Below, piece by piece: positions 1-10,580 of a DNA stretch of 64,000 bases. Position 1 is the stretch's first letter, and every line of letters begins with the position of its first letter. Below the pieces are notes generated by a model. It had not been told where the DNA came from, did no database searches, and saw only the letters and a program-made list of their open reading frames with translations. The position numbers and the translations under genes were made by a program. The DNA comes from Mobula hypostoma (taxonomy: Eukaryota): NCBI RefSeq assembly GCF_963921235.1, contig NC_086108.1, positions 61,196,001 through 61,260,000 on the forward strand, in the 5' to 3' direction.

Positions 1-1270
1 ACAGAGACATAGCTGACACAGGGAGAGGAATGGCTACTGGATTTTCTGAGGTTTTAGTGTTTCCAAAGGGACAGGGAGGGAGAGAAAAGAGATGGGTGTG
101 GCATTGCTAATCAGGGATGCTATCACAGTTGCAGAAAAGGAGGCTGTCACGACTACTGAGTCACTGTGCGTGGAAGTCAGAAACAGGAAGGGAGCAATAA
201 CTCCATTGGAAGTATTCTACAGATCCCTAGTAGCAAAACAGACACTGAGGAGCAGATCAGGAGACACATTTTGGAAAGGTGCAAACATAACATAATGTTG
301 TCATTGGTGACTTCAACTTCCCTAATATAGATTGGCACCTTCTTAATGCAAAAGGTGTAAATGGGGCAGAATTTGTTAGGTGTGTCCAGGAAGGACTCCT
401 GACACAGTATGTAGACAGGTTGCCATGCTGGATCAGGAAGGACTCCTGACACAATGTGTAGACAGGTTGATCAAAGGAGAGGCCATACTGGATCAGGTTC
501 CAGGCAATGAAGCTGGTCAGATGACAAATCTTTGGGTGGATGAGCATTCAGAGAGAGCAATCACAACTGCCTGATGGTTACTGTAGGGGTAGGAACAGAT
601 GGCATGGACTTCAAGGAGTCCTTGGAGAGTAGGATTAAGGAAAACAAGGTTTTCTACAGAATGTAAAGAACAGGAAGATGAGTAAAGTGAGGGTAGAACC
701 GATCTGCGATAAAAGGTGAAACGTGCCTGGAGTCAGAAGTGGTAGGGATGTCCTGAATGAATACTTTGCTTCAGTATTCACCAGTGAGCGGGATCTTGAC
801 AAATATGAGGACAGTGTAGACCAGGCTAATATGCTGAAACTTGTCAATGTTAAGAAATAGGATGTGCGGGAACTTTTGAAAAACATTAAGATAGTTAAGT
901 CACAGAGACAGAGTGGATATGCCTTCAGGTTACTATGAGAAGTGAGAGAAGGGATTGCTGCACCTCTTGTGATGATTTTTGCATTTTCACTGGCCACAGG
1001 AGCGGTACCAGAAGACTGGAGGATGGCAAATGTTATTCCTTTGTTCAAGAAACTTAATATGGATAGCCCTGGGAATTATAGATCAGTGAGTCTTACTTCA
1101 GTGGTGGTCAAACTTTTGGAGAACTTTCTTAGCGGTGGGATTTACAAGCATTTGCAGAACCATTGTCTGACGAGGATTGCCAGAATGGGGCACGTCATAC
1201 CTCACAAGCCTGATTGAACTCACTGAGGAAGTGACAAAACAAGTTGTTAATGTTAGAGCAGTGGATGTGG
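1..1270 (+). mobile_element. Degraded CR1-clade LINE ORF2 (endonuclease to RT), cut by window edge
   Basis: GGVALLI-like and GDFN-like EN motifs, VPEDWRMANVIPLFKK...PGNYRSVSLTSVV; frameshifts and stops. Confidence 0.9.
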
Positions 1271-1383
1271 TAAACAGATTCAGTGACGGGATTCCAAAAT
1301 TTAGGGTTTGGAGATCTTGAATGCAGAGCCTTCTGAAGTGGAGTGAATATATTCGGAGATGAGCAAGGGATCTTATTTGGAGG

Positions 1384-2217
1384 TGTGACAAGAATACACA
1401 TAGATTACGATGTAGCTGTCCTGTGCTGGCACCAGTGGAATCAGCAGTTGGTCTGCCACCCAGGAGAGAGAGAGATAAGGAAAACAACGGAGCAGCATGT
1501 GGAGATGTTAATGAAGGAAGGAGAGCTGTCAAGATCGGCTCCCCCTTTGAACCCTGAACTGTTTGAAGTGATGGACAGGCGATACCCCAGCAGGGGGATA
1601 AAAAGGAACTGGTTCGCTAAGGCAGGACACACACGACACCCGAGGTAACAAGACCCTGGAAGCGGTGCGTGTCTCACAAGTCGGTGGGAAGTATCACGCC
1701 ATAAATGCACAGGGTGGAAAGGCACGATCGGCGGGAACCTGGTGTGTGTCCACCCTTGCCTGGGTGCCAGGTTCAGCGCAGGGAAACGATCGTATCTGGA
1801 AACGGAGGGGTCACGGTCAGTGACCTCAGATGATATCACAAAGGACTCACCCGACAGCTGACTGCGAAGGTCTGTGTGTGGAAGCCGTTTGAATATTCAT
1901 TCGTTTTTGCTCTTTCTCTCTTTCCCCCACATTGTCCATCTCCCACGGCAGCGATTACTGCGAACTGAACTGAACTTTGCGTCACTTTGAAACTGATCAT
2001 TTACCCCTAGACAACGATAGAGCTTGATTGATCCTGTTATCTGAATTCTGTGTACATGTATGTTTATCATTGCTGAACTGTTGCATTCATTATCCTTTTG
2101 ATTAGAGTACTGTGTTGCTTGTTTCTTTAATAAAACTTTCTTAGTTCTCGTAATCCAGACTCCAACTGAGTGATCCATTTCTGCTGGTTTGGCAACCCAG
2201 TTACGGGGTACGTAACA
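1384..2217 (+). repeat. 5' LTR
   Basis: TGTGACA...GTAACA, direct repeat of 5354-6187; AATAAA at 2129. Confidence 0.95.
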
Positions 2218-2249
2218 TAAGTGATTTATCTCGTCCGCGATTTTGAACG
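2218..2249 (+). promoter_or_regulatory. Damaged tRNA-Pro primer-binding site
   Basis: TAAGTGATTTATCTCGTCCGCGATTTTGAAC versus tRNA-Pro complement TGGGGGCTCGTCCGGGATTTGAAC. Confidence 0.6.
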
Positions 2250-2317
2250 CTAAATTCGGGACGGAGTAAATTGATTGGGTCAAAATTCCTGAAAGAAAGA
2301 AAAGACAAACAGCAGAA

Positions 2318-5173
2318 ATGGAGGCTGAGGAATTTATAAAGGCGCCGACCATGGAGGCATTAGAGGATGCCAGGAAATCGGAGTTGGTAGCTGTGGCCAA
2401 ACGGTTGAATCTTGCTAAGGGGAAGTCGACAATGAGGAGAGAGGAGATACACAGAGCTATCGTAGAGCACTATGTATCAAAAGGTGTGTTTCCCCAAGGC
2501 GAGCTGGAGGTGGTGTCTATTGAAAAACCTGCCGGAGACGCGGTACAGGTGCAGCTTGAAAAACTGAGACTCGAGCACGAGTTCCGGGTACGGCAGTTGG
2601 AGCGAGAAGAGGAGAGAGATTTAGAAAGGCAAGAGAGAGAGTTAGAAAGGCAAGAGAAAGAGAAAGAGTTAGAAAGGCAGGAGAGAGAGAGACAGTGGGA
2701 GCGAGAGGAGAAACAGAGGGAAAGGGAATTCGAGCTGGAGAAGTTAAGGTTAAGGGCGAAGCAGGGGCTCGTGCCGAACCAAGGTGGAGGGTTCCGGGCG
2801 ACCCAGGAGGTTAGGCTGGTTCCCCCATTTGACGATACCGACGTGGATTGGTACTTTCTCCATTTTGAAAAAGTGGCTACAAGTCAGGACTGGCCGAGGG
2901 ATAAGTGGGTTGTTTTACTTCAGAGTGTACTGAAAGGGAAAGCCCAACAAGCTTACTCAGCTTTGTCCACGGAAGATGCCCAGAAGTATGAGGTGGTGAA
3001 AGGGGCCATCCTCAGGATTTATGAGTTGGTCCCGGAGGCATACCGGCAGAGGTTCCGGAATGCGAGGAAGCAGTGGGACCGCACGTATTTGGAGTTTGCC
3101 CGTGAGATGCAGACATATTGTGAGCGTTGGTGCGCCTCGAAGGGGGTAGAGGGGGATTATGACAGATTGCTGCAGCTGACCCTGATCGAGCAGTTTAAAG
3201 GTTGTGTCCCTGAGGGTATGAGACCCTACCTAGATGAGAAAGAGGCAGCCACGTTAGCCGCAACTGCTAAGTTAGCGGATGAGTATGCGTTGACGCATAA
3301 AATGAAGTTTGCCCCGAGTAAAGGCTACCAGAAGGGAAGTCAGGATGGCGGGGAGAGTCTGCTGGAAAAGTCAGAAAGTAGGCCGGGGACTAGTGAGAAG
3401 GATAAGGTAGACCGGGAGCAGTCTAGTAGGAAGTCTCCTGGGGTCATCTGTTATAATTGCGGGAAAGTCGGACACTTTGCGTCCAGGTGCTTTGCCCCAA
3501 AGAAGGAGACGGGAAAAGGAAAAACGGCGATTTTGACTGGCTGTATTGAGCTGGTAAACGAACCGCTAGGGAAGGACAGGTCTGCCAAAGTTCAGGAAGG
3601 GTGCGAGAGGTTTATCTCGGCCGGATTGGTGTCAGTGAAGGAGGGGTTAAACCCAGTTCCAGTGCGGATCTGGAGAGACACGGGAGTGTGTCAGTCACTG
3701 ATACTGAAGAGTGTATTAGAGTTTAGCTCAGAGGCCCAGACTGGGGAGGTCAAGGTCAAAGGTATTGGGGGATGGACAGAGACAGTCCCTTTGCACCAGG
3801 TACACTTACAAAGCAACCTGGTCTCTGGACTAGTCACGATCGGGGTGAGGTCCGAATTACCGATGAAAGGCGTGGAAGTCTTGCTCGGTAATGACGTCGC
3901 CAGGGGAATCGTGTTCCCAGCCGTGAGATTGACAGGTCAGCCTGCCAGCATTGAGGCCCCGCCCATGGACTCACAGGTTCATCATGGGACCGCGGTAGTA
4001 AATTTAGCTGAGACGTTTCTGCCAGCCTTGTACGAGAAGGGGGTAGAAAGTGAAAAGAAGGAGTGCAGTGAGACAAGAGGTAGTGAGGGAGCTGAGATAG
4101 ACTTAGCATTAGCCAGGAAAGAATTTATGCAGGCACAGGAGCGAGACGAGGGGCTGATGGTTTTGGTGGAGGAGGAAGTGCTAAGGAAGAAAGGGAAACC
4201 AAGTACCGTACCCGCAGATGAGGAATGGGGGGTGGTGCAAAAGAGTTATGGGGATGAGATTTTTAACCTGGCCCACAAGGTACCCCCCGGTGGACAATTT
4301 GCGGTGCTGGAGGAAACAGCTGGTGGAATCACGAAAGAGGTTTACCGGCTGCCCAGGAGGAAGGATGTTATTGATTATGACCGACGCGAACTGAGACGAT
4401 CACAGGCTTTTGATATGCTAACAAACCTAGGCGGTGTTAGCGCGGAAATCAATGAAGCTAGGGTCCCCCTGATAAGAGAAAAAAACCATTTTGAAAAGAT
4501 GAGTATGGTATCGACTAGATGGGAGAAGGCTATTGTTTTGGCCAGCTCTGCTGATAAGGTCTCTCCCTTAATCCCCGAACAAAGCGACTCTTTAGGAGAA
4601 GTAATTAAACGACTCGCACCTGTGTGTTTGATTGTCCCAAGGCGATGCAAAGAACTAGGACATTGGGTGGTGTCTGTTACAGTAGGTCAGTCTAGCAAGC
4701 AACATCCGTGTGGAATGAGTCAATCAGTGACTAAAGGGCTGACGAACACAGAGGTGTGTATTGGCAATTTATTACGGCTGTCTGAAGCCAGCTTAAGAGT
4801 GAACCTCGGAAAAAATGAGTTCGGCCACACGAAGGTCACTTATCTGGGAATTGTGTTGTCACAGGGGCAGCTGGCAGCGATGCAAGCTACAGTGCAGGCT
4901 ATCGCTGACCTCCTAACCCCGACAGACAAGAGGGCCCTCAGAAGGCTCTTGGAGATGGTGGGGTACTGTAGGAAGTTTTGCAATAACTCTGCGGTCACTA
5001 CCCCTCCCCCTCCTACTAAGCCCTTGCGAGAGAAAACTAAGTCGGAATGGGACGACCCTTGTTATTGTGGTCCGGGACAAAACCAAATGAGAGGTTACAT
5101 TGATCGCAATTCATCAGTGTTTTTGGCCACTATGAAGTTTGCTAAGTTGGAGCCTAGCCTAAAGGATTATTAA
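2318..5173 (+). CDS. Retrotransposon Gag-protease polyprotein with remnant IN/RT (951 aa)
   Basis: E/R coiled coil; SCAN-like capsid (LVPEAYRQRFR...EQF...LADEY, ~3026-3290); CYNCGKVGHFASRC knuckle (3449-3490); protease RDTG (3677) and LLGND; LAHKVPPGG integrase remnant; VTYLG and MVGYCRKF RT remnants. Confidence 0.9.
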   Translation: MEAEEFIKAPTMEALEDARKSELVAVAKRLNLAKGKSTMRREEIHRAIVEHYVSKGVFPQGELEVVSIEKPAGDAVQVQLEKLRLEHEFRVRQLEREEERDLERQERELERQEKEKELERQERERQWEREEKQREREFELEKLRLRAKQGLVPNQGGGFRATQEVRLVPPFDDTDVDWYFLHFEKVATSQDWPRDKWVVLLQSVLKGKAQQAYSALSTEDAQKYEVVKGAILRIYELVPEAYRQRFRNARKQWDRTYLEFAREMQTYCERWCASKGVEGDYDRLLQLTLIEQFKGCVPEGMRPYLDEKEAATLAATAKLADEYALTHKMKFAPSKGYQKGSQDGGESLLEKSESRPGTSEKDKVDREQSSRKSPGVICYNCGKVGHFASRCFAPKKETGKGKTAILTGCIELVNEPLGKDRSAKVQEGCERFISAGLVSVKEGLNPVPVRIWRDTGVCQSLILKSVLEFSSEAQTGEVKVKGIGGWTETVPLHQVHLQSNLVSGLVTIGVRSELPMKGVEVLLGNDVARGIVFPAVRLTGQPASIEAPPMDSQVHHGTAVVNLAETFLPALYEKGVESEKKECSETRGSEGAEIDLALARKEFMQAQERDEGLMVLVEEEVLRKKGKPSTVPADEEWGVVQKSYGDEIFNLAHKVPPGGQFAVLEETAGGITKEVYRLPRRKDVIDYDRRELRRSQAFDMLTNLGGVSAEINEARVPLIREKNHFEKMSMVSTRWEKAIVLASSADKVSPLIPEQSDSLGEVIKRLAPVCLIVPRRCKELGHWVVSVTVGQSSKQHPCGMSQSVTKGLTNTEVCIGNLLRLSEASLRVNLGKNEFGHTKVTYLGIVLSQGQLAAMQATVQAIADLLTPTDKRALRRLLEMVGYCRKFCNNSAVTTPPPPTKPLREKTKSEWDDPCYCGPGQNQMRGYIDRNSSVFLATMKFAKLEPSLKDY

Positions 5174-5341
5174 TAACACATATAAAAGGAACAGAAAATG
5201 TGATGGCTGACTGTCTGTCAGGTGTTGACAACTTCAAACTCGCTATATTAGCCAAATAGCTGATAAAGATGTATATTTGTGTGTGTATCAAATAATGTAT
5301 TCATGTTTGTAATTTTTACCCCCCCCCCGGTAAAAATCCTT

Positions 5342-5353
5342 AAAGGGGGGAAG
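5342..5353 (+). promoter_or_regulatory. Polypurine tract
   Basis: AAAGGGGGGAAG immediately before the 3' LTR. Confidence 0.85.
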
Positions 5354-6187
5354 TGTGACAAGAATGCACATAGATTACGATGTAGCTGTCCTGTGCTGGC
5401 ACCAGTGGAATCAGCAGTTGGTCTGCAACCCAGGAGAGAGAGAGAGATAAGGAAAACAATGGAGCAGCATGTGGAGATGTTAATGAAGGAAGGAGAGCTG
5501 TCAAGAGTGGCTCCCCCTTTGAACCCTGAACTGTTTGAAGTGATGGACAGGCGATACCCCAGCAGGGGGATAAAAAGGGACAGGTTTGCTAAGGCACACA
5601 AACGACACCCGAGGTAACAAGACCCTGGAAGCGGTGCGTCTCTCACAAGTCGGTGGAAAGTACCGGGCCATAAACGCACAGGGTGGAAAGGCACGATCGG
5701 CGGGAACCTGGTGTGTGTCCACCCTTGCCTGGGTGCCAGGTTCAGCGCAGGGAAACGATCGTATCTGGAAACGGAGGGGTCACGGTTGGTGACCTCAGAT
5801 GATATCACAAAGGACCTGCCCGACAGCTGACTGCGAAGGTCTGTGTGTGGAAGCCGTTTGAATATTCATTCGTTTTTGCTCTCTCTCTCCTTCCCCCACA
5901 CTGTCCATCTCCCACAGCAGCGATTACTGCGAACTGAACTGAACTTTGCGTCACTTTGAAACTGGTCATTTGCCCCTAGACAACCATTAGAGCTTTATTG
6001 ATCCTGTTATCTGAATTCTGTGTACATATATGTTTATCATTGCTGAACTGTTGCATTCATTATCCTTTTGATTAGAGTACTGTGTTGCTTGTTTCTTAAA
6101 TAAAACTTTCTTAGTTCTAGTAATCCAGACTCCAACTGAGTGATCCACTTTCACTGGTTTGGCAACCCAGTTATGGGGTACGTAACA
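5354..6187 (+). repeat. 3' LTR
   Basis: TGTGACA...GTAACA followed by GAGG TSD. Confidence 0.95.
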
Positions 6188-6191
6188 GAGG

Positions 6192-7500
6192 AATGAGGAG
6201 AACCAGGAAGAATTTTAAAATCTGAATGAGAATTTTCAAAACAGGACATCATTAAATTGGGAAATGGTGTAGGTTAGAAAATACAAGGCTAATGGAAAGG
6301 TGGGATTGGTGCATGCCAGAACATTTGGGGCAAAATTTGCATGATCTGAATTTTACAGTGTGTATAAAGAGACCACTCAGAAGGGCATTGGAATAGTCAT
6401 GTCTCGTGATAACAACCAATGAAGTGGCCACAGTGTTGTTGAGGTGAAATTAAGGCAGCCACTGTAATGGCAGGTAAAATGTAGGTCAAATGTGTTATCA
6501 AGCAGCCTGTTTGGTTTCAGAAAGTTTCTGGCAAGAATGGTGTAGCTCCAGGAAATGAATTCTGCAAATGGAACTACTGGCAAGTCTTGATCATGCCTGA
6601 ATTAATTGGAAATGTCTCCTCATCCATAAATGTGTTTGAAAGTTTAGAGCTGGGGTGGGTCAGAAAGGGTGATAATTATTTAAAATTGTGTCTTTTCAGA
6701 GTCCATATAGAAATTGATATTTCTGGATGAGGATCAACATGTAAATGAAAGGGCCAGGATTTATCTTTGAAGGACATAAAGGCATCCAAAAACAAGCCAT
6801 CGTTAGTAATTCTTTGCTCAGGGCTGGATAGAAGGAACTGAGCAAAGCAGCCCCAGCAACTAGAAGACTGTGTAGAAGCACTGAGAGACGCAACCGCGAT
6901 CAATGACTGAAGATGAAGCCTTTGTCACCATCATACAGAATACCATAGCTGACTTTGGCTGGAACTGCTACAGTGTTATGGCAGGAAATGAAACCTAATT
7001 GACCGTATTAAATCAAGAAGTTCCAAGTGCAAGACTCTGGGGAGTAATGATGTCCTAATTTAAAAATTCTCATCCGGATTTTAAAATTCTTCCTGGTTCT
7101 CATCATCCCTCTGATTGCGATCCCTTACTCGTCACTGGATATAATCACTCCACTTCAGAAGGAACATGTGTGGCTTCAAGGTGTCCAAACCCTAGATTTT
7201 AGAATTCCCTCACTGAACACCTTTGCCTTTCTAGCTCTCCTTCCTTCTTTGAAGCACAGCTTAACCTATCACATCACTTTAACCAAGGATGTGTGATCTG
7301 TCCTCCTGCCCTCTCATTTCCAAGCTACACCTCATCAAAAGACATGACACCAGTTTCAACACTGACAGAACTAAATTTTACCTCATCTCCATTTCTCAAA
7401 ACTATTTCCAGAATCTTGTTTTCTGTTTATTTACATCTCACTGAATCTTGGGAACTTTTTGTTATTTCAAAGGCACTACAGAAATAGATGCTATTGTGGG
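6192..7500. mobile_element. Ancient L2-like LINE relics in both orientations
   Basis: Degenerate; L2-like 3' end (AAAGGCACTACAGAAATAGATG) near 7470; 7045-7217 is inverted relative to the LTR element flanks. Confidence 0.35.
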
Positions 7501-7685
7501 ATGAAAATGTGTCCTATTGGAGTAATATAGCAATGAATTTATATTGGCATTGGCCTTCACAATTCAAATAAACTCCATGGAAAGTTTCTTTGAATTGTGA
7601 AAGGCAAAACCAATACTGCATTGAAGTTACTGTAACTGAACGCTCATCTAAAATCAAATCATAATTTCTTTAAGTAAGCCAAAAA

Positions 7686-8420
7686 CAGTGAATTCTGTGT
7701 AATCGGGCCATAAGTTAATCAGGGCAGCTGCCTATTTGGGACAACTCTTAAAGAACAAAACTTAATTCAGAAATAGACAGCATTCCCTTTGTCTATTTGG
7801 GAAACCATGCTACTTAAGTGGGACAGGAAAATGTTCCTGAACAGTTTCTAACTAATGTTGGTCACATGCACTTGTGTGGCCATTAGACACCACACTGTGC
7901 TTAGAGCGAATGGTTTTTAAATAGCTTCGATTGCGCATGCTTGTACAGAAAAAGCAGTGATTCTTGTCATTGATAGTTGGCAAGAAATAAGCAATAAGAC
8001 AATTTAGAACTGTTTTGCTCACTGCGGTTTCAAGCATTCAGACTTAGAGAGGCCAGAGGTGGCTGGGAGTGAAAATGAAACAATTTTACTACTTCAACAT
8101 GTTAGAAATTATGATTAACTTGAAGGTATTAACAATTATCTTGAAAGTTACAATGAAAATGAAGATTTGGAGAATACAATGATTGAATGTAGTCCATTAC
8201 CTGCACTAGGTGTTTGTGCTGATTCTGTTCATTTATAGTCAATCAAAATAGCGCACAATGTGCACTCGATGAATTCCTCCATCATGTGGTATTCAATTTG
8301 TTCTGTATTTTATTTAAACACGTAATTATTTTTACTCAGTTAAATGGTAGATTGTCTTTTTTTATTTCTTTTTAACTATTGCCATGAAACTTGGGCTAAT
8401 GAAGCTAATGAGGCTTGCAC
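7686..8420 (+). mobile_element. Tigger/pogo-like DNA transposon relic
   Basis: Starts CAGTG; encodes ISNKTI*NCFAHCGFKH, like the pogo transposase C-terminal TIxNCFxxxGF motif. Confidence 0.55.
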
Positions 8421-9307
8421 TAATTTTATTTGAATCCAAAAAGTTATTCCACATTAATCCGCAAGGTAGAAGTTAATATTTCACATTCTTTCAATTTTTA
8501 CATTATATTCAGACTTGGAAGACTTAAAATCTTGTTTTGGATCCGAATGGGATATGTACAACTCAATGGACAGTGGAAAATAAGCAAATCAAACATTTTC
8601 ATGTTTTAAAAAAGATCTTTGCAACACAAGGTCAAGCTTTTGTGACCTTTATAAAGGTACGTGATGGGAATATATACCACACAGTAGAAGTTATACAGGC
8701 TTTATCGATAGAGAACAGAATGCTAGCATTGAAGTCAACAGAACAAACTGTTGTAGTGTAATCCAAATTGCCATATACAGCAAACAAAACATTTTAATTG
8801 ATATGATATTTGTAACAAATTCTTTCACTATAAACAATGTCCATAATTATTCAAACCATCAGCTTGGAAATGCTGAAATTAAATCGACAGCACAATAAGA
8901 GACTGGTTCACTTAGCAACTGTTGCTAATGCATTTACAGAGTCACTGCATCAAATTAGGTTGAATTATTTTCTTGTTTCCTAGACAACATCAACATGAAT
9001 TGATGTCAGTAGTTATTTTGAAGTTAAATCATATAACTTCTTCAATTTTGTTTAAAGTTGTTTCACACAGTGGCTGTTTTATGCCACCTATTTAACTCTG
9101 TCGTAGTGATGTCTTACTGCAATGTCCGCACAGAAACCTGATAAGTGGTGTAAGACTCTTTCTTGTTACTACACTGAGAGGTTGCTTAGTTTGCTATCTG
9201 TTAGGCCACAATTATTAACCCATAACATGTTGATCATTTTAATGAAAATTATGTAAAAAAAAGAAACATTTATACCATCAATATAAACTTCAATATATTG
9301 TATTTTT

Positions 9308-9540
9308 GAGGCAGCATGATAGTTCAGAAGTTAGTGTAATGTTATTACAGCACCAGTGACCCAGGTTTAATTCCACCGCAGTGAGCAAAGAGTTTGTTTG
9401 TTCTCCCCATGACCACATGGGTTTTCTCTTGGTAATCTGGTACATATGGGTTATTAGATTATTTGGTCACATGAATGTAATGGGGCTGTGTAGCTTATTG
9501 AACTGGAAGGGCTTGATACCATGCTATATCTCTAAATCGA
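9308..9540 (+). mobile_element. tRNA-derived V-SINE (HE1-like)
   Basis: Degenerate A/B boxes then V-domain GAGTTTGTTTGTTCTCCCCATGACCACATGGGTTTTC; ends about 110 bp from DAB1 exon 8. Confidence 0.7.
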
Positions 9541-9649
9541 AAATTTCTGTCCTTTGAACACTATTGTTGATTTTCTTAAGAAGTGGGGAACAATATACAG
9601 TATATATCACAAAAATGACTCCTTGAATATTTAGATCAAAAGTTTGTAC

Positions 9650-9709
9650 CTGGTAAATGCTCTCCTCTGTTTCACGGATTGGTTCATGTCCAGCTTCAAA
9701 CACAATGTA
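9650..9709 (-). CDS. DAB1: DAB1 60-nt exon (exon 8 equivalent), Y200 and Y220
   Basis: CAG/GTACA; YIVFEAGHEPIRETEESIYQ. Confidence 0.95.
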
Positions 9710-10444
9710 CTGTGACAGTGCCAGCACAAAGCGGAAAGCAAAAAGGCAAGAGTAGGAAAGCACATGGTGATTTAAGAAGTTGGAGCAAAGAAAAATCAAT
9801 AGTAAGAGTAAGATCAACAATTTCATAAGACTTTATAGTATAGTTCGATATATAGAGGTACAAGTAAGTGAGAAGCATAGGATCAAAGGCTATCCTGCTG
9901 GTTCTCCAGCAACCACTGATTGCTGCTATTAAGGACACTTTCTGTAGGACACCATGGTCAAGAAATTGGATCATTAGCATTTTTTAGTGCAGTTCAGTGT
10001 GGGTAAGTTCACACTATTTATCTTCTCAGGGCAAAATTACACCAATCAAGAAACTGGCCCATTTCTTGTGCAATGCATACTATTGCATTTTTCATCACAA
10101 ATCATGCACTGCATGTTTCTTCCTTTATCAGTACACGCCATTCACTGAACTCTCACAATATCAGTACAGTTTTCTTTTTGCCCTATTTTGTTCTATTTAC
10201 TTCTGCTTAAAAAGACACTCTGCCGACATCAGGAGACCAGGTTGGGCAGCCTTAGAAATTACTGCAGGTGGCTCAACTTTGCGCAACTTGCTGATGACAA
10301 AAAAAAACTTACTCAGTCACTGGCTCAGAGGTGATAGCTCTTGGCTTCACTTCATTCCTGGAGGCACTGATCTGGCTGTGACTGACTATGCAAGCTGGAT
10401 TGGGACATCGGGATCGAAGATGCAATAAGAAATATGAATGAAGA

Positions 10445-10580
10445 GTTCTGATTAAGTGTCTGGGCCCAAAACGTTGACTGTTTACTATTTTCCATAGATG
10501 CTGCCTGGCCTGCTGAGTTCCTCCTGCCCTTTGTGTGTGTTGCTTGGATTTCCAGCATTTGCAGATTTTCTCTTGTTTGT
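10445..10580 (+). mobile_element. Penelope-like terminal fragment with decayed hammerhead
   Basis: CTGATTAAG...CAAAACGTTGACTG then ATAGATGCTGCCTGGCCTGCTGAGTTCCTCC module. Confidence 0.7.

Larger units (their letters stand above)
1384..6187 (+). mobile_element. Gmr1-like Ty3/Gypsy LTR retrotransposon, internally deleted (non-autonomous)
   Basis: Two ~834-bp TG...CA LTRs, GAGG target-site duplication (1380-1383, 6188-6191), PBS remnant, PPT, domain order Gag-PR-IN-RT-RH. Confidence 0.93.

Noticed and set aside
385..500. Short direct repeats resembling an array
   Set aside because: A local duplication inside a CR1; no regular repeat-spacer structure and the context is eukaryotic, so not CRISPR.
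1343..1839. Recurrent ORFs in the LTRs (also near 5248-5808, 16354-16941, 55132-55630)
   Set aside because: They recur only because the LTR recurs; frames and ends differ between copies and no domain is recognisable.
2318..5173. 951-aa ORF as a host SCAN zinc-finger gene
   Set aside because: Bounded by LTRs, PBS, PPT and a TSD; no C2H2 array; carries protease and pol remnants.
7240..7262. Possible DAB1 exon 9 (minus strand reads SKKEG)
   Set aside because: No VPTSQ or VYDVP context and no suitable splice sites; exon 9 is probably left of the window.
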